Shown here: piece by piece, positions 19,171 to 28,064 of the stretch
Position numbering within the stretch: position 1 is the first letter of the stretch
Layout of the letters: each line of letters starts with the position of its first letter
Source of the DNA: an uncultured Armatimonadetes bacterium
GTDB taxonomy: Bacteria > Armatimonadota > UBA5829 > DTJY01
Assembly: GCA_963717145.1 (NCBI GenBank)
Contig: OY970325.1
Coordinates: forward strand, 704,001-768,000
Reading direction: 5' to 3'
Length of the DNA: 64,000 nucleotides
Translations under genes and position numbers: made by a program
The notes under the pieces: generated by a model
What the model was told of the DNA's origin: nothing
What the model saw: only the letters and a program-made list of their open reading frames with translations
Database searches by the model: none

Positions 19171-19206
19171 CTCGTCGCTGAGTTTCCAAGAAGGGTAATC
19201 AACAGA

Positions 19207-19244
19207 TACAATCAGCGGACACCTCCCGGTGTCCGCTGATTGTA
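19207..19244. terminator. Hairpin after the DUF1559 pair (probable terminator)
   Basis: TACAATCAGCGGACACC-TCCC-GGTGTCCGCTGATTGTA. Confidence 0.7.
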
Positions 19245-19278
19245 ACGTTACGTTTCACTGAAGGTGAAGACGAATGAC

Positions 19279-19995
19279 CTATAGATTGGGCTTCGGCCCC
19301 TCAAGGCGTAGCCACACCTGACCATTCCTGGCTCCACCCCAATGCCTGTCGTTGTACTGTGACAGAGTCATGTTGCTGACATGGCCGTCGATCCACAGGA
19401 TTTCGCCAACGTCGTTATGCCTGATCGCGAACTGGCGGCATGTTTGGGTGCCGTCATATTCCTCCGGAAGCGCTGCGAATAGTGTGCCACCGGTATTGCC
19501 CGTCCATCTCGTTTCCGCGATTCGGATAGTAGACGATGGGTACTTGACCTTGGTAACAGACACCACATCGGCCTTGCCGTCTGCGCAGTCCTGGGCGCTC
19601 ATCGCGCCGCCGCACCAGATGTTCATGCCGTAGGACCTTTCACCCATGGTCCCCTCTTCTTCCTTCCGTGCGGCGCCGCACTCGAAGAGCTTGCCAAGGT
19701 TACTGCCGGTCATCTTACCGCCGGAGATCTGCTTGAGATACGGATCAAGCAACTCAGGCCACATATGGCCGGTCCATCCGAACGGCATGCCGTACGGCAC
19801 GATGACGTCGCCCCACGCGGACTGGTACAGCTCGGACGCGACGCCGAGCTGCTTGAGGTTGTTAGCGCACGCGGTCTGAAGTGCCTTGCCTCTTACTTTG
19901 GCGAAGACGGGGAAAAGGATGGCCGCGAGTATCAAGATGATTGCGATAACAACCAGTAGCTCAATGAGAGTGAAACCTCTCTGTCTGCGAATCAT
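19279..19995 (-). CDS. Prepilin-type N-terminal cleavage/methylation + H-X9-DG protein (DUF1559-like)
   Basis: RGFTLIELLVVIAII.ILAAILFPVFA; C.NNLKQ; RHNDVGEILWIDGHV. Confidence 0.92.
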   Translation of the reverse strand: MIRRQRGFTLIELLVVIAIILILAAILFPVFAKVRGKALQTACANNLKQLGVASELYQSAWGDVIVPYGMPFGWTGHMWPELLDPYLKQISGGKMTGSNLGKLFECGAARKEEEGTMGERSYGMNIWCGGAMSAQDCADGKADVVSVTKVKYPSSTIRIAETRWTGNTGGTLFAALPEEYDGTQTCRQFAIRHNDVGEILWIDGHVSNMTLSQYNDRHWGGARNGQVWLRLEGPKPNL

Positions 19996-20094
19996 ATTGT
20001 GTATCCCTCCTGTCATCCCAATTCGGATTGGGTTCTTAGGGCGCGTCGCCTGTGCTCCGCTCCCACAACTGGCAAATTGCTTGGAATACTCAGG

Positions 20095-20964
20095 TTACAT
20101 CCCATACTTGGACTTAACAGTGTCCCAAAGTCGGTTGTCCCAGGCTGCTCCTGTCATCTTGTTCTTCACGCCCACGCCGGCTCTCACCAACTCACGGGGG
20201 TTGACGGCTCTGGTGTGGCCGTCGCAGTAAGCCACGTTGACCTTGTCGCTGTGACGCGGACTGATGCTGTAGCTGTTCTGCATGATCGGAGTCTGGTTTG
20301 GCTGAGCGTCAGTAAGCAGCGTGTTGTTGCACGGCGGGTATGCCCAGATGGACCTGTTCTCGACGAGCAAGATGGTATCCGAGGTGCTCTCGAGTCTGGA
20401 CACTCTCGTCGCGCCGGCGCTGAACCTCTGAGCTAGGAACGGGTTGGTCGTGGAACTATTGGCGGTCGCCCACGGCAGTCCGAGGTACAGGAAGTTGTAG
20501 CCATAGCTATGCCAGTCCTTCACTGCCCACGTTGCTTTCCACTTCAAGTCGCGATCCGGACAGTTGAAGACGCCCCCCATCATGCCAAGGTAGCCGGGGG
20601 AGTACCTGCCGGGCCCGTCGGTATCGACGAGCGAGCCTCTCGACACATACGGATCGACTCGCTCGACCCATGTTGCCCCATAGAACGCCAGTGGCGCCCC
20701 ACTCTGGAAGTCGATGTTCGCGAAGGGTGTCATGCCGCTACCAGAGGTCCCCGGCGCTCTCGTGCAAGGGAACTTGTCATCGAAATCTCCCGCGTAGCTG
20801 ATGATCGCCTTTGCGATCTGACTCATGTTCGCCGCGCAACTGGCGGCGCGAGCCTTCGCCCGGGCGGCTGCGAATATGGGGAAGAGAATTGCAGCCAGGA
20901 TAGCGATGATTGCGATGACCACTAGTAGTTCGATCAGGGTGAATCCTTTTCTCTCTCTAATCAT
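20095..20964 (-). CDS. Prepilin-type N-terminal cleavage/methylation + H-X9-DG protein (DUF1559-like)
   Basis: KGFTLIELLVVIAIIAILAAILFPIFA; RHSDKVNVAYCDGH; AAGGAGGAGG RBS. Confidence 0.92.
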   Translation of the reverse strand: MIRERKGFTLIELLVVIAIIAILAAILFPIFAAARAKARAASCAANMSQIAKAIISYAGDFDDKFPCTRAPGTSGSGMTPFANIDFQSGAPLAFYGATWVERVDPYVSRGSLVDTDGPGRYSPGYLGMMGGVFNCPDRDLKWKATWAVKDWHSYGYNFLYLGLPWATANSSTTNPFLAQRFSAGATRVSRLESTSDTILLVENRSIWAYPPCNNTLLTDAQPNQTPIMQNSYSISPRHSDKVNVAYCDGHTRAVNPRELVRAGVGVKNKMTGAAWDNRLWDTVKSKYGM

Positions 20965-21176
20965 AAGTCACCTCCTCCTTCAAGGTGTGAAACCACGGCG
21001 ATGCTTGAAGCGGAACATCAGCCGTCTTTGATGATGGATCTCTTTCGCTCCAATGACAATAACGGATATCGCCGGGCAAAGGTTACGCCCCCTGGGGGGA
21101 AAATTCGAATTTCGAATTTCGAGTTTTCACACCTGGGGGCGCCCGTTGATCTTTGCAGGCCAAGTCAGCCACGCCC

Positions 21177-21205
21177 AATCTAGCATACGCAAATGGTTTT
21201 GTCAA
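21177..21205 (-). promoter_or_regulatory. Sigma70-type promoter for the DUF1559 pair
   Basis: TTGACA-17 nt-TAGATT on the minus strand. Confidence 0.7.
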
Positions 21206-21250
21206 GGGCGTTTTTGCCCGTGTTCCGACCGCTTGCAGAATGGTTTACCA

Positions 21251-21992
21251 TCAAGCAGGCTGCCGCTCAAGCCCATGAATCAGCAGCGCAGTGGCTGCTA
21301 TCGTTGCTGTCTCGGTCCTGAGTATCCTTGTCCCCAATGATATCGGTTCGCCGCCTGCTTCGATAGCGGCGTTTACCTCGGCCGACGTAAGTCCACCTTC
21401 CGGTCCGACAATCAACGCGACATCGGTTATATGTCTTTGACGATGCAGAAGCGACAAGAGTTCCGCACCCCGTTGCTCTTCCCACGCAATAAGGATGGTG
21501 TTTTGCCCTCTGACCAGCGAGAGTGCTTCGGACATCGAGCGCACTACCTCGACAACAGGCACGCGGACCCGGCCTGATTGCTCGGCGGCCTCCATAACGA
21601 TCGAGCGCCAGCGCTCCAGTTTCGGGTGAGTCCCGTCCCCTGGGATCTTCGGCACCGACCGCTCGGTGGCGGTGATGAGGAACTCGGCGGCCCCAGCTCG
21701 GTACATTTCTGAAGGATCATCTCCAGTTTGTCACCCTTGGGGATTCCCTGGATGATCGTAAGCCTCGTCGATGGCTCGGTATCGGGCGCGCGGGACTCCA
21801 CTATTCGTGCCGCGAAACCGCCGGATCCACTTGACTCGAGCACCGCTGAGAACTCGGCCCCGAGCCGTCGAACACGGCGACCTCATCTCCGGGCCGCATG
21901 CGCAGCACATTCCGAAGCTGGCTCTGCTGCTCAGTGGAGAAACGTACCTTCCCGTCTGCGATTCGAGGGGACGGAACATAGAATCTGTGCAT
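21251..21992 (-). CDS. rsmE: 16S rRNA m3U1498 methyltransferase RsmE (two 1-nt indels, probably sequencing errors)
   Basis: MHRFY...NVLRMRPG / QGIPKGDKLEMILQKCTELG / EAAEQSGR...VGPEGG...LGTRILRTETA occupy three frames; the shifts fall in G4 runs at 21858-21861 and 21691-21694. Confidence 0.9.
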
Positions 21993-22035
21993 GGCTTACT
22001 ACTGAAGGACGGGCGCAGGGCAGGGCGACTTACCT

Positions 22036-22139
22036 GATGGGGAATGGTTGATGGCTGATGGTTGATGGGATGCGGGTAATCGGCGATGCGATGATCTCCC
22101 TATCCCCCATAGACCATAAACCATTAACCATCCCCCATC
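22036..22139. repeat. Inverted heptamer arrays (ATGGTTG / CAACCAT type)
   Basis: atggttg-atggctg-atggttg ... ccataga-ccataaa-ccattaa-ccat; same type at 61637-61712. Confidence 0.8.
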
Positions 22140-22319
22140 GGAGGGTCGCCCTGCCGCAGACGCCAGTAGTCAGGGTGCTGCCCTGTCAAACTGTAAACGA
22201 TTACACGTCCGAAATAGGCGTTAGACAGCGGAGGGCTTCACTCCTCCATCCAAAGGGATTGTCGCATTCTTTTTTTTCGGGATCGCCGGGACGGTCGGTG
22301 GATCAGTGAGGTCCGTCGA

Positions 22320-22700
22320 TCATGCTGCGGCGCGGAGGCCGAGAGCAGCCAGGATTGCCAATACGTCGCTCATGCTGAATGGCTTGACAAGGCACGCAAA
22401 GGCGCCCAGGTTCATTGCTGCTTCGACGAGGGAATCGCGGGGATATCCGGTGATTATCACCACGGGGATCGTGGGCTGAAGTTGGCGCATCGATTCGAAT
22501 ATCTGCACGCCGTCTATGCCGGGGAGCTTGAGGTCGAGGAACACGACCTGAGGGCCCTGCTGCAGTCGTTCGATGGCGTCAGCAGCATCCTTGGCGGTAA
22601 GGGCCTGGTAGCCGTGACGAGCCAGCGCCTCTGCGAAGAGGCTCAGAATCTGGGGCTCATCGTCAACGATCAGAATGCAGTTCTCAGCCAATGAAGTCAC
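22320..22700 (-). CDS. Single-domain response regulator receiver
   Basis: ILIVDDE, FLDLKLPGIDG, ITG, LVKPF. Confidence 0.93.
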   Translation of the reverse strand: MTSLAENCILIVDDEPQILSLFAEALARHGYQALTAKDAADAIERLQQGPQVVFLDLKLPGIDGVQIFESMRQLQPTIPVVIITGYPRDSLVEAAMNLGAFACLVKPFSMSDVLAILAALGLRAAA

Positions 22701-22777
22701 TCCGAGTCGAAGGCGGCCTGATCGGGTCTTTCGACTCCCAATTGGATTATCGGCTGAAGATGCGTGATGCAGTAGAC

Positions 22778-24076
22778 TCAGATGATGGTGGAAATCTGGC
22801 GGTTGATCGCATTGAGGAGAGCAGCGGCGGTTGCCCTGTAGCGGTCCTGCTTGGCGATGGCGCTGCCGACGAGCTTGATCTCGGTCTGAGGGGTGATCAG
22901 CACGGTCTGGACTACGACGACTTCGTCTCCGAGGCCGTTATTGATCGGGTTCACGCTGTCCACGATCACGCCGTAACCCGCGGGGAGGAACTTGCAGACC
23001 GCGCCGGCGATTGCGTCGGCTACGATCCTGAGGGAGTTGTTGCCGAGCGCGAACCCGCCCGCTTCGTGCGATTCGACGATCTCACCTTGGGAAAGGCGAA
23101 CCTGGACGTGGGCGACGGAGCCGCTCTCCCATGCGAAGTTCAACGACTGGACGTTCAGCCTGGTCCCCTTCGGCGGCCTTGGAAGCTGCTGGGCCTCGGG
23201 CTCGGCGGCGGGAGCGGCCTCGACGGTCGCGCCTCCATCTGCGGCAACGGGCACTGCCTGGTCGCTCTTCGCCCGCGTGCATGCCTTGCTTGCGAGATTG
23301 ATGAGGTTATCGAGCGTGGCGGCGTAGTGCATGTCTTCGCGCTCTTTGGTCCGTTTCCCGCCGAATACGCCGAAAGCCGCGGTCACCGGCTCGGGAAGGT
23401 CGGGATTGGTCGTCGTCCGAAGATCGTCCTCGAGCAGCGCAGCCAGTTCCAGCGCCTCTTCTCGATTGCGCAGGGTTGCGACAACGAACTCGTCCCCGGC
23501 ATAGCGGCAGAGCAGGTCGAGGTTCTCGTCCATACGCGCTTGAAGCACGCTCGTCACGTGCTGCAGCACTTTGTCCCCGATGATATGGCCGTACTGCTTG
23601 TTGAAATGACCGAAATTGTCGAGGTCCACGAAGATCAGCGTGATCTCACAACCGCTCTTGAGCGCGGTCATTCCCCAGTCGCGCAGTGTATCGGCCCTGG
23701 GGAGCCTGGTCAGCGGGTCGAGCGACTTCCCGAGTTCGGGGAGCAGCAGGTTCGGGGTGACGGTTCCCAGCAGACGGCCGTCCTGCATCACCAGGAGCCG
23801 GCTCGCGCCGGTCTTGGCCATCAGGTCGGCTGCGTTCGAGATCGTCAGATCCGGGGGCACGGTGACGAATTCGCGGTCCATGATGTGCTCGATGGGGATG
23901 TCATTGTCCTTGCCGAGGAGGTCCTTGTAGTCCACGACGCCCACCACGCGGTCTCCATCGACGACGGGCAGTCCGCCCACGTTATGGTTCTTCATGAGTA
24001 GAATCGCCGTTTTGATTCGATTCGCGGGTCCGACTGAGATGCCGTCGCCGGTCATTACGTCGCGAACTGTGCTCAT
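22778..24076 (-). CDS. CBS-pair + GGDEF-domain protein with extra C-terminal domain
   Basis: CBS repeats (VRDVMT...GGLPVVD); DPLT.LP, FVDLDNF..FN..YGH..GD, RYAGDEF. Confidence 0.88.
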   Translation of the reverse strand: MSTVRDVMTGDGISVGPANRIKTAILLMKNHNVGGLPVVDGDRVVGVVDYKDLLGKDNDIPIEHIMDREFVTVPPDLTISNAADLMAKTGASRLLVMQDGRLLGTVTPNLLLPELGKSLDPLTRLPRADTLRDWGMTALKSGCEITLIFVDLDNFGHFNKQYGHIIGDKVLQHVTSVLQARMDENLDLLCRYAGDEFVVATLRNREEALELAALLEDDLRTTTNPDLPEPVTAAFGVFGGKRTKEREDMHYAATLDNLINLASKACTRAKSDQAVPVAADGGATVEAAPAAEPEAQQLPRPPKGTRLNVQSLNFAWESGSVAHVQVRLSQGEIVESHEAGGFALGNNSLRIVADAIAGAVCKFLPAGYGVIVDSVNPINNGLGDEVVVVQTVLITPQTEIKLVGSAIAKQDRYRATAAALLNAINRQISTII

Positions 24077-24243
24077 GGGCGTGGGAACGACCTTTCCAAG
24101 ACGTGTTGTGGTACCTGGCAGTAGTATATCACGCTCGGGAGGAATTGTGTACCCGCACAAATGCCGGATTTTGGGAGTGGTGGGTGAAATGGAGTGGCGG
24201 AGGAATCGAGCGACCGTTCGTAGAATACTACAAAAAGAAGAGC

Positions 24244-24699
24244 ATGAGCGACCAGATGTTTCATGCGCTTTGCATAGAAAGCATTGGAGGTAATCGAATC
24301 AAACTAAGAATCAACGAAAGCTCTGACGGCCAGTGGACGACCGGCCATCTGGTCAGCGATCAGGGAATTCACAGCGCCAAACTTGCAGGCACTATGGACG
24401 AGCATACCGTCGGCCAGCTTCGGGAGCTGTCCGACGTTGTCTTCGATGAGGATAGCTTCTCGATCGGCGACAACTTCGTCATAGACCTCAGCGAGGTTAC
24501 GGAGATCGATCATGTCGGTGTCGCGGCCCTGATCGGCATCCTGGTCGGGCTGTCGGCGAAGGCCGGGAGCCTGGCGCTGATACTTCCTCCGGAGCATCCG
24601 GTGCGACATGCGCTCCAGGTCACCGGTCTCGAGCGGGCCTTCGACCTGTTCGAGACCCGGGACGCAGCTTACGAACGGGTAGCCGTGCAGAGCAGGTGA
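24244..24699 (+). CDS. STAS-domain protein (anti-sigma-factor antagonist-like)
   Basis: LAGTMD...VIDLSEVTEIDHVGVAALIG...LQVTGL. The usual phospho-Ser (DSSG) reads DHVG here. Confidence 0.8.
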   Translation: MSDQMFHALCIESIGGNRIKLRINESSDGQWTTGHLVSDQGIHSAKLAGTMDEHTVGQLRELSDVVFDEDSFSIGDNFVIDLSEVTEIDHVGVAALIGILVGLSAKAGSLALILPPEHPVRHALQVTGLERAFDLFETRDAAYERVAVQSR

Positions 24700-24705
24700 C
24701 GTCGG

Positions 24706-24734
24706 TTGAGCCGAGGCCGAGGATGTGGTATAAT
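24706..24734 (+). promoter_or_regulatory. Promoter of tRNA-Lys
   Basis: TTGAGC-17 nt-TATAAT with TG just upstream of the -10. Confidence 0.7.
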
Positions 24735-24751
24735 TCCGTGGTCATCTTCGT

Positions 24752-24827
24752 GGGCCCGTAGCTCAGTCGGCAGAGCAACGCCCTTTTAAGGCGTGGGTCG
24801 TGCGTTCGAATCGCACCGGGCTCACCA
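24752..24827 (+). tRNA. tRNA-Lys (anticodon TTT)
   Basis: 76-nt cloverleaf: acceptor GGGCCCG/CGGGCTC, D arm GCTC/GAGC, anticodon arm ACGCC-CTTTTAA-GGCGT, TTCGAAT loop, encoded CCA. Confidence 0.97.
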
Positions 24828-24834
24828 CACGGCC

Positions 24835-24860
24835 GAGTACGAGTACGAGTACGAGTACGA
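24835..24860. repeat. (GAGTAC)x4 hexamer repeat
   Basis: Read directly after the tRNA. Confidence 0.85.
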
Positions 24861-24958
24861 ACCCCTCATCCCGAACCCCCATTTGCTTTTGCGACAATGT
24901 GTGCGATACCATGCCATCGGCCCATTCCGATGGGCGAATCCACACCAGGAGGTGTTGC

Positions 24959-26233
24959 ATGGAAGAGAGGGACATCAACCTCAGCTTGTGGCGCGATCTC
25001 GGGCTCGACCTCGACCGCCACTGCGAACTGATGAACCTGCTGCGCGAGGTCTATCCGGCCATCTACATGTCGCAGCAGAACCGCCCGCCCGCGATGGCGT
25101 ACTTCGATGCCGTGATCTCAGAGATCCACGGTGACCGAGTGCGCGAGTTGCTCGAGCACAAGAAGAGCGGCGGGAAGGTGATCGGCACGTTCTGCGTCTA
25201 TGTGCCGGACGAACTGATCCTGGCGGCCGGAGCGATTCCGGTCGGACTCTGTGGTGGCGCGGAGTTCAGCATTCCGGACGCGGAGGCCGATCTGCCGAGA
25301 AACCTCTGCCCGCTGATCAAGTCGTTCTACGGCTTCAAGGTCGGCAAGCTCTGCCCGTACTTCGAGACCTGCGACCTGCTCGTCGGCGAGACGACCTGCG
25401 ACGGCAAGAAGAAGGTCTGGGAGTGCCTCAATGAGATGACTCCGGTGCACGTGATGGAGCTTCCTCACACGAAGGGCCTGAAGCAACGGGAGATGTGGCT
25501 CGATGAGGTGAAGACGCTGAAGTCGCGGCTGGAGGGACTCTGCGGCACGACGATCACCGAGGAGAAGCTCTCCGATGCGATCCGACTGATGAACGAGAAG
25601 CGGAAGGCGCTCGCGCGGTTGTATGATCTCCGCAAGAGGCCGAACCCGCCGATCAGCGGGAAGGATGCGCTGCTGGTGAGCCAGATCGCCTTCTACGATG
25701 ACGTCGAGCGGTTCACCAGGTCGGTCAACACGCTGGCGGATCAGTGCGAGGCGCGCATTGAGTCCGGTGAGGGCATGGGCGATGCACCGAGGCTTCTCGT
25801 GAGCGGCTGCCCGATGGCGGTCCCGAACTGGAAACTGCATCACATTGCGGAGACCAGCGGCGCGGTCATCGTCGCCGAGGAAAGCTGCACGGGGACTCGC
25901 TACTTCGAGAACTTCGTGGACGAGACCCCGACGACCATGGACGGCATGATGAATGTGCTGGCGGATCGATACATCGCCACGAACTGCGCATGCTTCACGC
26001 CGAACGAGGGTCGAATCGACGACGTCATCCGCATGGTGGACGAATACAACGCAGACGGCGTGATCCATTACTCGCTGCAGTTCTGTCACACGTACAACAT
26101 CGAGGCCGGTCGGGTCGAGAAGGCGCTCAAGGAGCGTGGAATCCCCGTGCTGCGGATCGAGACGGACTACAGCATGGAGGATGTCGGTCAGTTGCAGACG
26201 CGCATCGAGGCGCTCCTCGAGCAGATAGGGTGA
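24959..26233 (+). CDS. Double-cubane-cluster reductase / 2-hydroxyacyl-CoA dehydratase family
   Basis: GTFCVYVP, GLCGG, NLCPLIKS, CPYF, GETTCDGKKK, GCP, EESCTG, CACFTPN, QFCH, ETDYS. Confidence 0.88.
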   Translation: MEERDINLSLWRDLGLDLDRHCELMNLLREVYPAIYMSQQNRPPAMAYFDAVISEIHGDRVRELLEHKKSGGKVIGTFCVYVPDELILAAGAIPVGLCGGAEFSIPDAEADLPRNLCPLIKSFYGFKVGKLCPYFETCDLLVGETTCDGKKKVWECLNEMTPVHVMELPHTKGLKQREMWLDEVKTLKSRLEGLCGTTITEEKLSDAIRLMNEKRKALARLYDLRKRPNPPISGKDALLVSQIAFYDDVERFTRSVNTLADQCEARIESGEGMGDAPRLLVSGCPMAVPNWKLHHIAETSGAVIVAEESCTGTRYFENFVDETPTTMDGMMNVLADRYIATNCACFTPNEGRIDDVIRMVDEYNADGVIHYSLQFCHTYNIEAGRVEKALKERGIPVLRIETDYSMEDVGQLQTRIEALLEQIG

Positions 26234-26277
26234 ACGTGAGCGGAGTGTAGTCGGCGGTCTGCCGACTGGGTAAACCG

Positions 26278-26350
26278 GGTGTGGGAGTATGGGCGTGTGG
26301 GCGTATGGGGGTTCTTCTCCCATTCTCCCATACCCCCATACTCCCACACT
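26278..26350. repeat. Inverted octamer arrays (GTGTGGGA / CCCACACT type)
   Basis: gtgggagt-atgggcgt-gtgggcgt ... cccatact-cccacact; same unit at 35180-35212. Confidence 0.8.
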
Positions 26351-26377
26351 CCGGCTCCGCTCTGCAGGGGTTGAACA

Positions 26378-27118
26378 ATGATTGCCGGAATAGATATCGG
26401 TTCGCGAACAACAAAGCTCGTAGTGCTGGACGACGCAGCGCCTGTGGAGTGGAAACTCGTGGCGACCGGAGTGGATCCGATCCAGGCTGCGCGGACACTC
26501 ATTGACGGGCGGGTGTTCGATGCCGTCGCCGCGACGGGATACGGGCGGCATTTCGCACGAACGGAACTCGGCTTCCAAGTGTTGACCGAGGTGAAGGCGT
26601 GCGCGGTCGGCGCCCATCATGTGATGCCCGAGTGCCGCACTGTGATCGACATCGGTGGCCAGGACTGCAAGGTCGTCGCCCTGGACGGTGAGGGCGGGTT
26701 CAGCGATTTCCAGATGAACGACAAGTGCGCCGCCGGGACCGGGCGGTTCCTGGAGGTCATGGCGCAGACGCTCGGTTTCGGGCTCGATGAGTTTGGAGAG
26801 GTCGCGCTCCAGGCGGATGAGGCGGTTCGTATCAACTCGATGTGCACCGTCTTCGCCGAGTCGGAGGTCACGTCACTCATCGCGCGTGGTGAGGACCCTC
26901 GGCGGATCTCGCGCGGACTGCATCAGGCAGTCGTGGACCGTGTGGCGTCGATGGCGAGGAGCGTCGGAGTGGGCGAGGGCGGGGTGCTCCTCGTCGGCGG
27001 TGTGGCATTGAACCCATGCGTGCGCCCGCTCCTTGAGGCGCGGCTTGGAGTGCCGGTCATCGTCCCGGAGCACGCGCAGTTCGTCGTTGCTCTCGGCGCG
27101 GCCCTATCTGTATCGTGA
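26378..27118 (+). CDS. ATP-dependent activator (acyl-CoA dehydratase activase / DCCP-R type)
   Basis: GIDIGSRTTK, ATGYGR, DIGGQDCK, MNDKCAAGTGRFLE, CTVFAESE, GGVA.N. Confidence 0.93.
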   Translation: MIAGIDIGSRTTKLVVLDDAAPVEWKLVATGVDPIQAARTLIDGRVFDAVAATGYGRHFARTELGFQVLTEVKACAVGAHHVMPECRTVIDIGGQDCKVVALDGEGGFSDFQMNDKCAAGTGRFLEVMAQTLGFGLDEFGEVALQADEAVRINSMCTVFAESEVTSLIARGEDPRRISRGLHQAVVDRVASMARSVGVGEGGVLLVGGVALNPCVRPLLEARLGVPVIVPEHAQFVVALGAALSVS

Positions 27119-27156
27119 TGTAACTTTCTGGCGTCCTGGGTGTCAGATAGATAGCC

Positions 27157-27534
27157 ATGGATGAGTACGAAGCAAAACAACTCAAGCGCGGAGCACTCTT
27201 GTCGTTGCCATTTGTCACCCTGTGGCTGGCAATGGCCGGTGTGGCATACCACTATCCACTCTATGCAAGGCTCGCCTTGGGGGCAGCGGTTGGCTGTTCG
27301 CTGAGCGTAATACTGGGGTGCATGTTCAGTCGGCGGTTTGAAGGTGTTCGGATCAGGGACCTGCTCCCTATGTATGCAGTTCTGGTGGTCTTTGGCCTGC
27401 TGTTCCTGTGGGGGATCCGGGATGGCATACGTGAACATGATCCAGAAGGTATTGGGCTCACGCTACTCATCTGCCTGCCAATGTTCATTTCCTACGCGGT
27501 CGCGATAATAACAAACCGGCGTCGGAAGCATTGA
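27157..27534 (+). CDS. Hypothetical membrane protein (about 4 TM)
   Basis: Four hydrophobic segments and a basic C-terminal tail. Confidence 0.7.
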   Translation: MDEYEAKQLKRGALLSLPFVTLWLAMAGVAYHYPLYARLALGAAVGCSLSVILGCMFSRRFEGVRIRDLLPMYAVLVVFGLLFLWGIRDGIREHDPEGIGLTLLICLPMFISYAVAIITNRRRKH

Positions 27535-27704
27535 TCGAACCCATGGACGGCCCGAGTCCCTCCTTCTCCACGATCTGCGTCTGCGACTGCGCGCTTTTCG
27601 CATTTGGGCTTGCCTGGATTGAGGGAATATAGTACAATATAGTCAACCCGACCGGCGCATCGGCGCTGGGGGGATCGATACAACTCAAAGAGGAGGTGTA
27701 ACGA

Positions 27705-28064
27705 TTGTCACCGATGACAGTTGCAGGGACTCCGGTTGACATCAAGCTCTCGAAGTCGCCGAGTGGCGGCTGGGTCGCGAAGGGACGCATCTACGATGGC
27801 GTTCTTCCCGGCGGAGAGGAAGTCGATGTCTCGGGGGCCAGCCGCAAAGAGGCGGAATCCCAATGCAGGGACAGGCTTGAGCGGCTGATTCACGCGCGTA
27901 CCCACGGAACCGAACAGGTTCCGACGCCGCTGAATCTTCAGAAAGAGGGGATGGCTGCCAGTCAGCCGTCCCCTCTTTCGCATATATCTGCCCGACGGCT
28001 ACTTGTCTGCATCCTTGCGAGATGCGAATACCTTCGGTGGGGGTGGGCCACTGGGGAGCCGTGA
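27705..28064 (+). CDS. Small hypothetical protein; true 3' end probably near TGA 27931-27933
   Basis: Strong GAGGAGG RBS. As written, the ORF reads through a terminator and into a convergent gene. Confidence 0.55.
   Translation: MSPMTVAGTPVDIKLSKSPSGGWVAKGRIYDGVLPGGEEVDVSGASRKEAESQCRDRLERLIHARTHGTEQVPTPLNLQKEGMAASQPSPLSHISARRLLVCILARCEYLRWGWATGEP
27941..27979. terminator. Bidirectional terminator
   Basis: GAAAGAGGGGATGGCTG...CAGCCGTCCCCTCTTTC. Confidence 0.75.

Noticed and set aside
17439..19181. Long antisense or alternate-frame ORFs (also 25118-26620, 29682-31205, 40759-42273 and others)
   Set aside because: Expected shadows of high-GC genes; no recognisable motifs.
21251..21992. rsmE pseudogene or programmed frameshifts
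   Set aside because: Both shifts are single missing bases in G4 runs with otherwise intact motifs, typical of homopolymer sequencing error.
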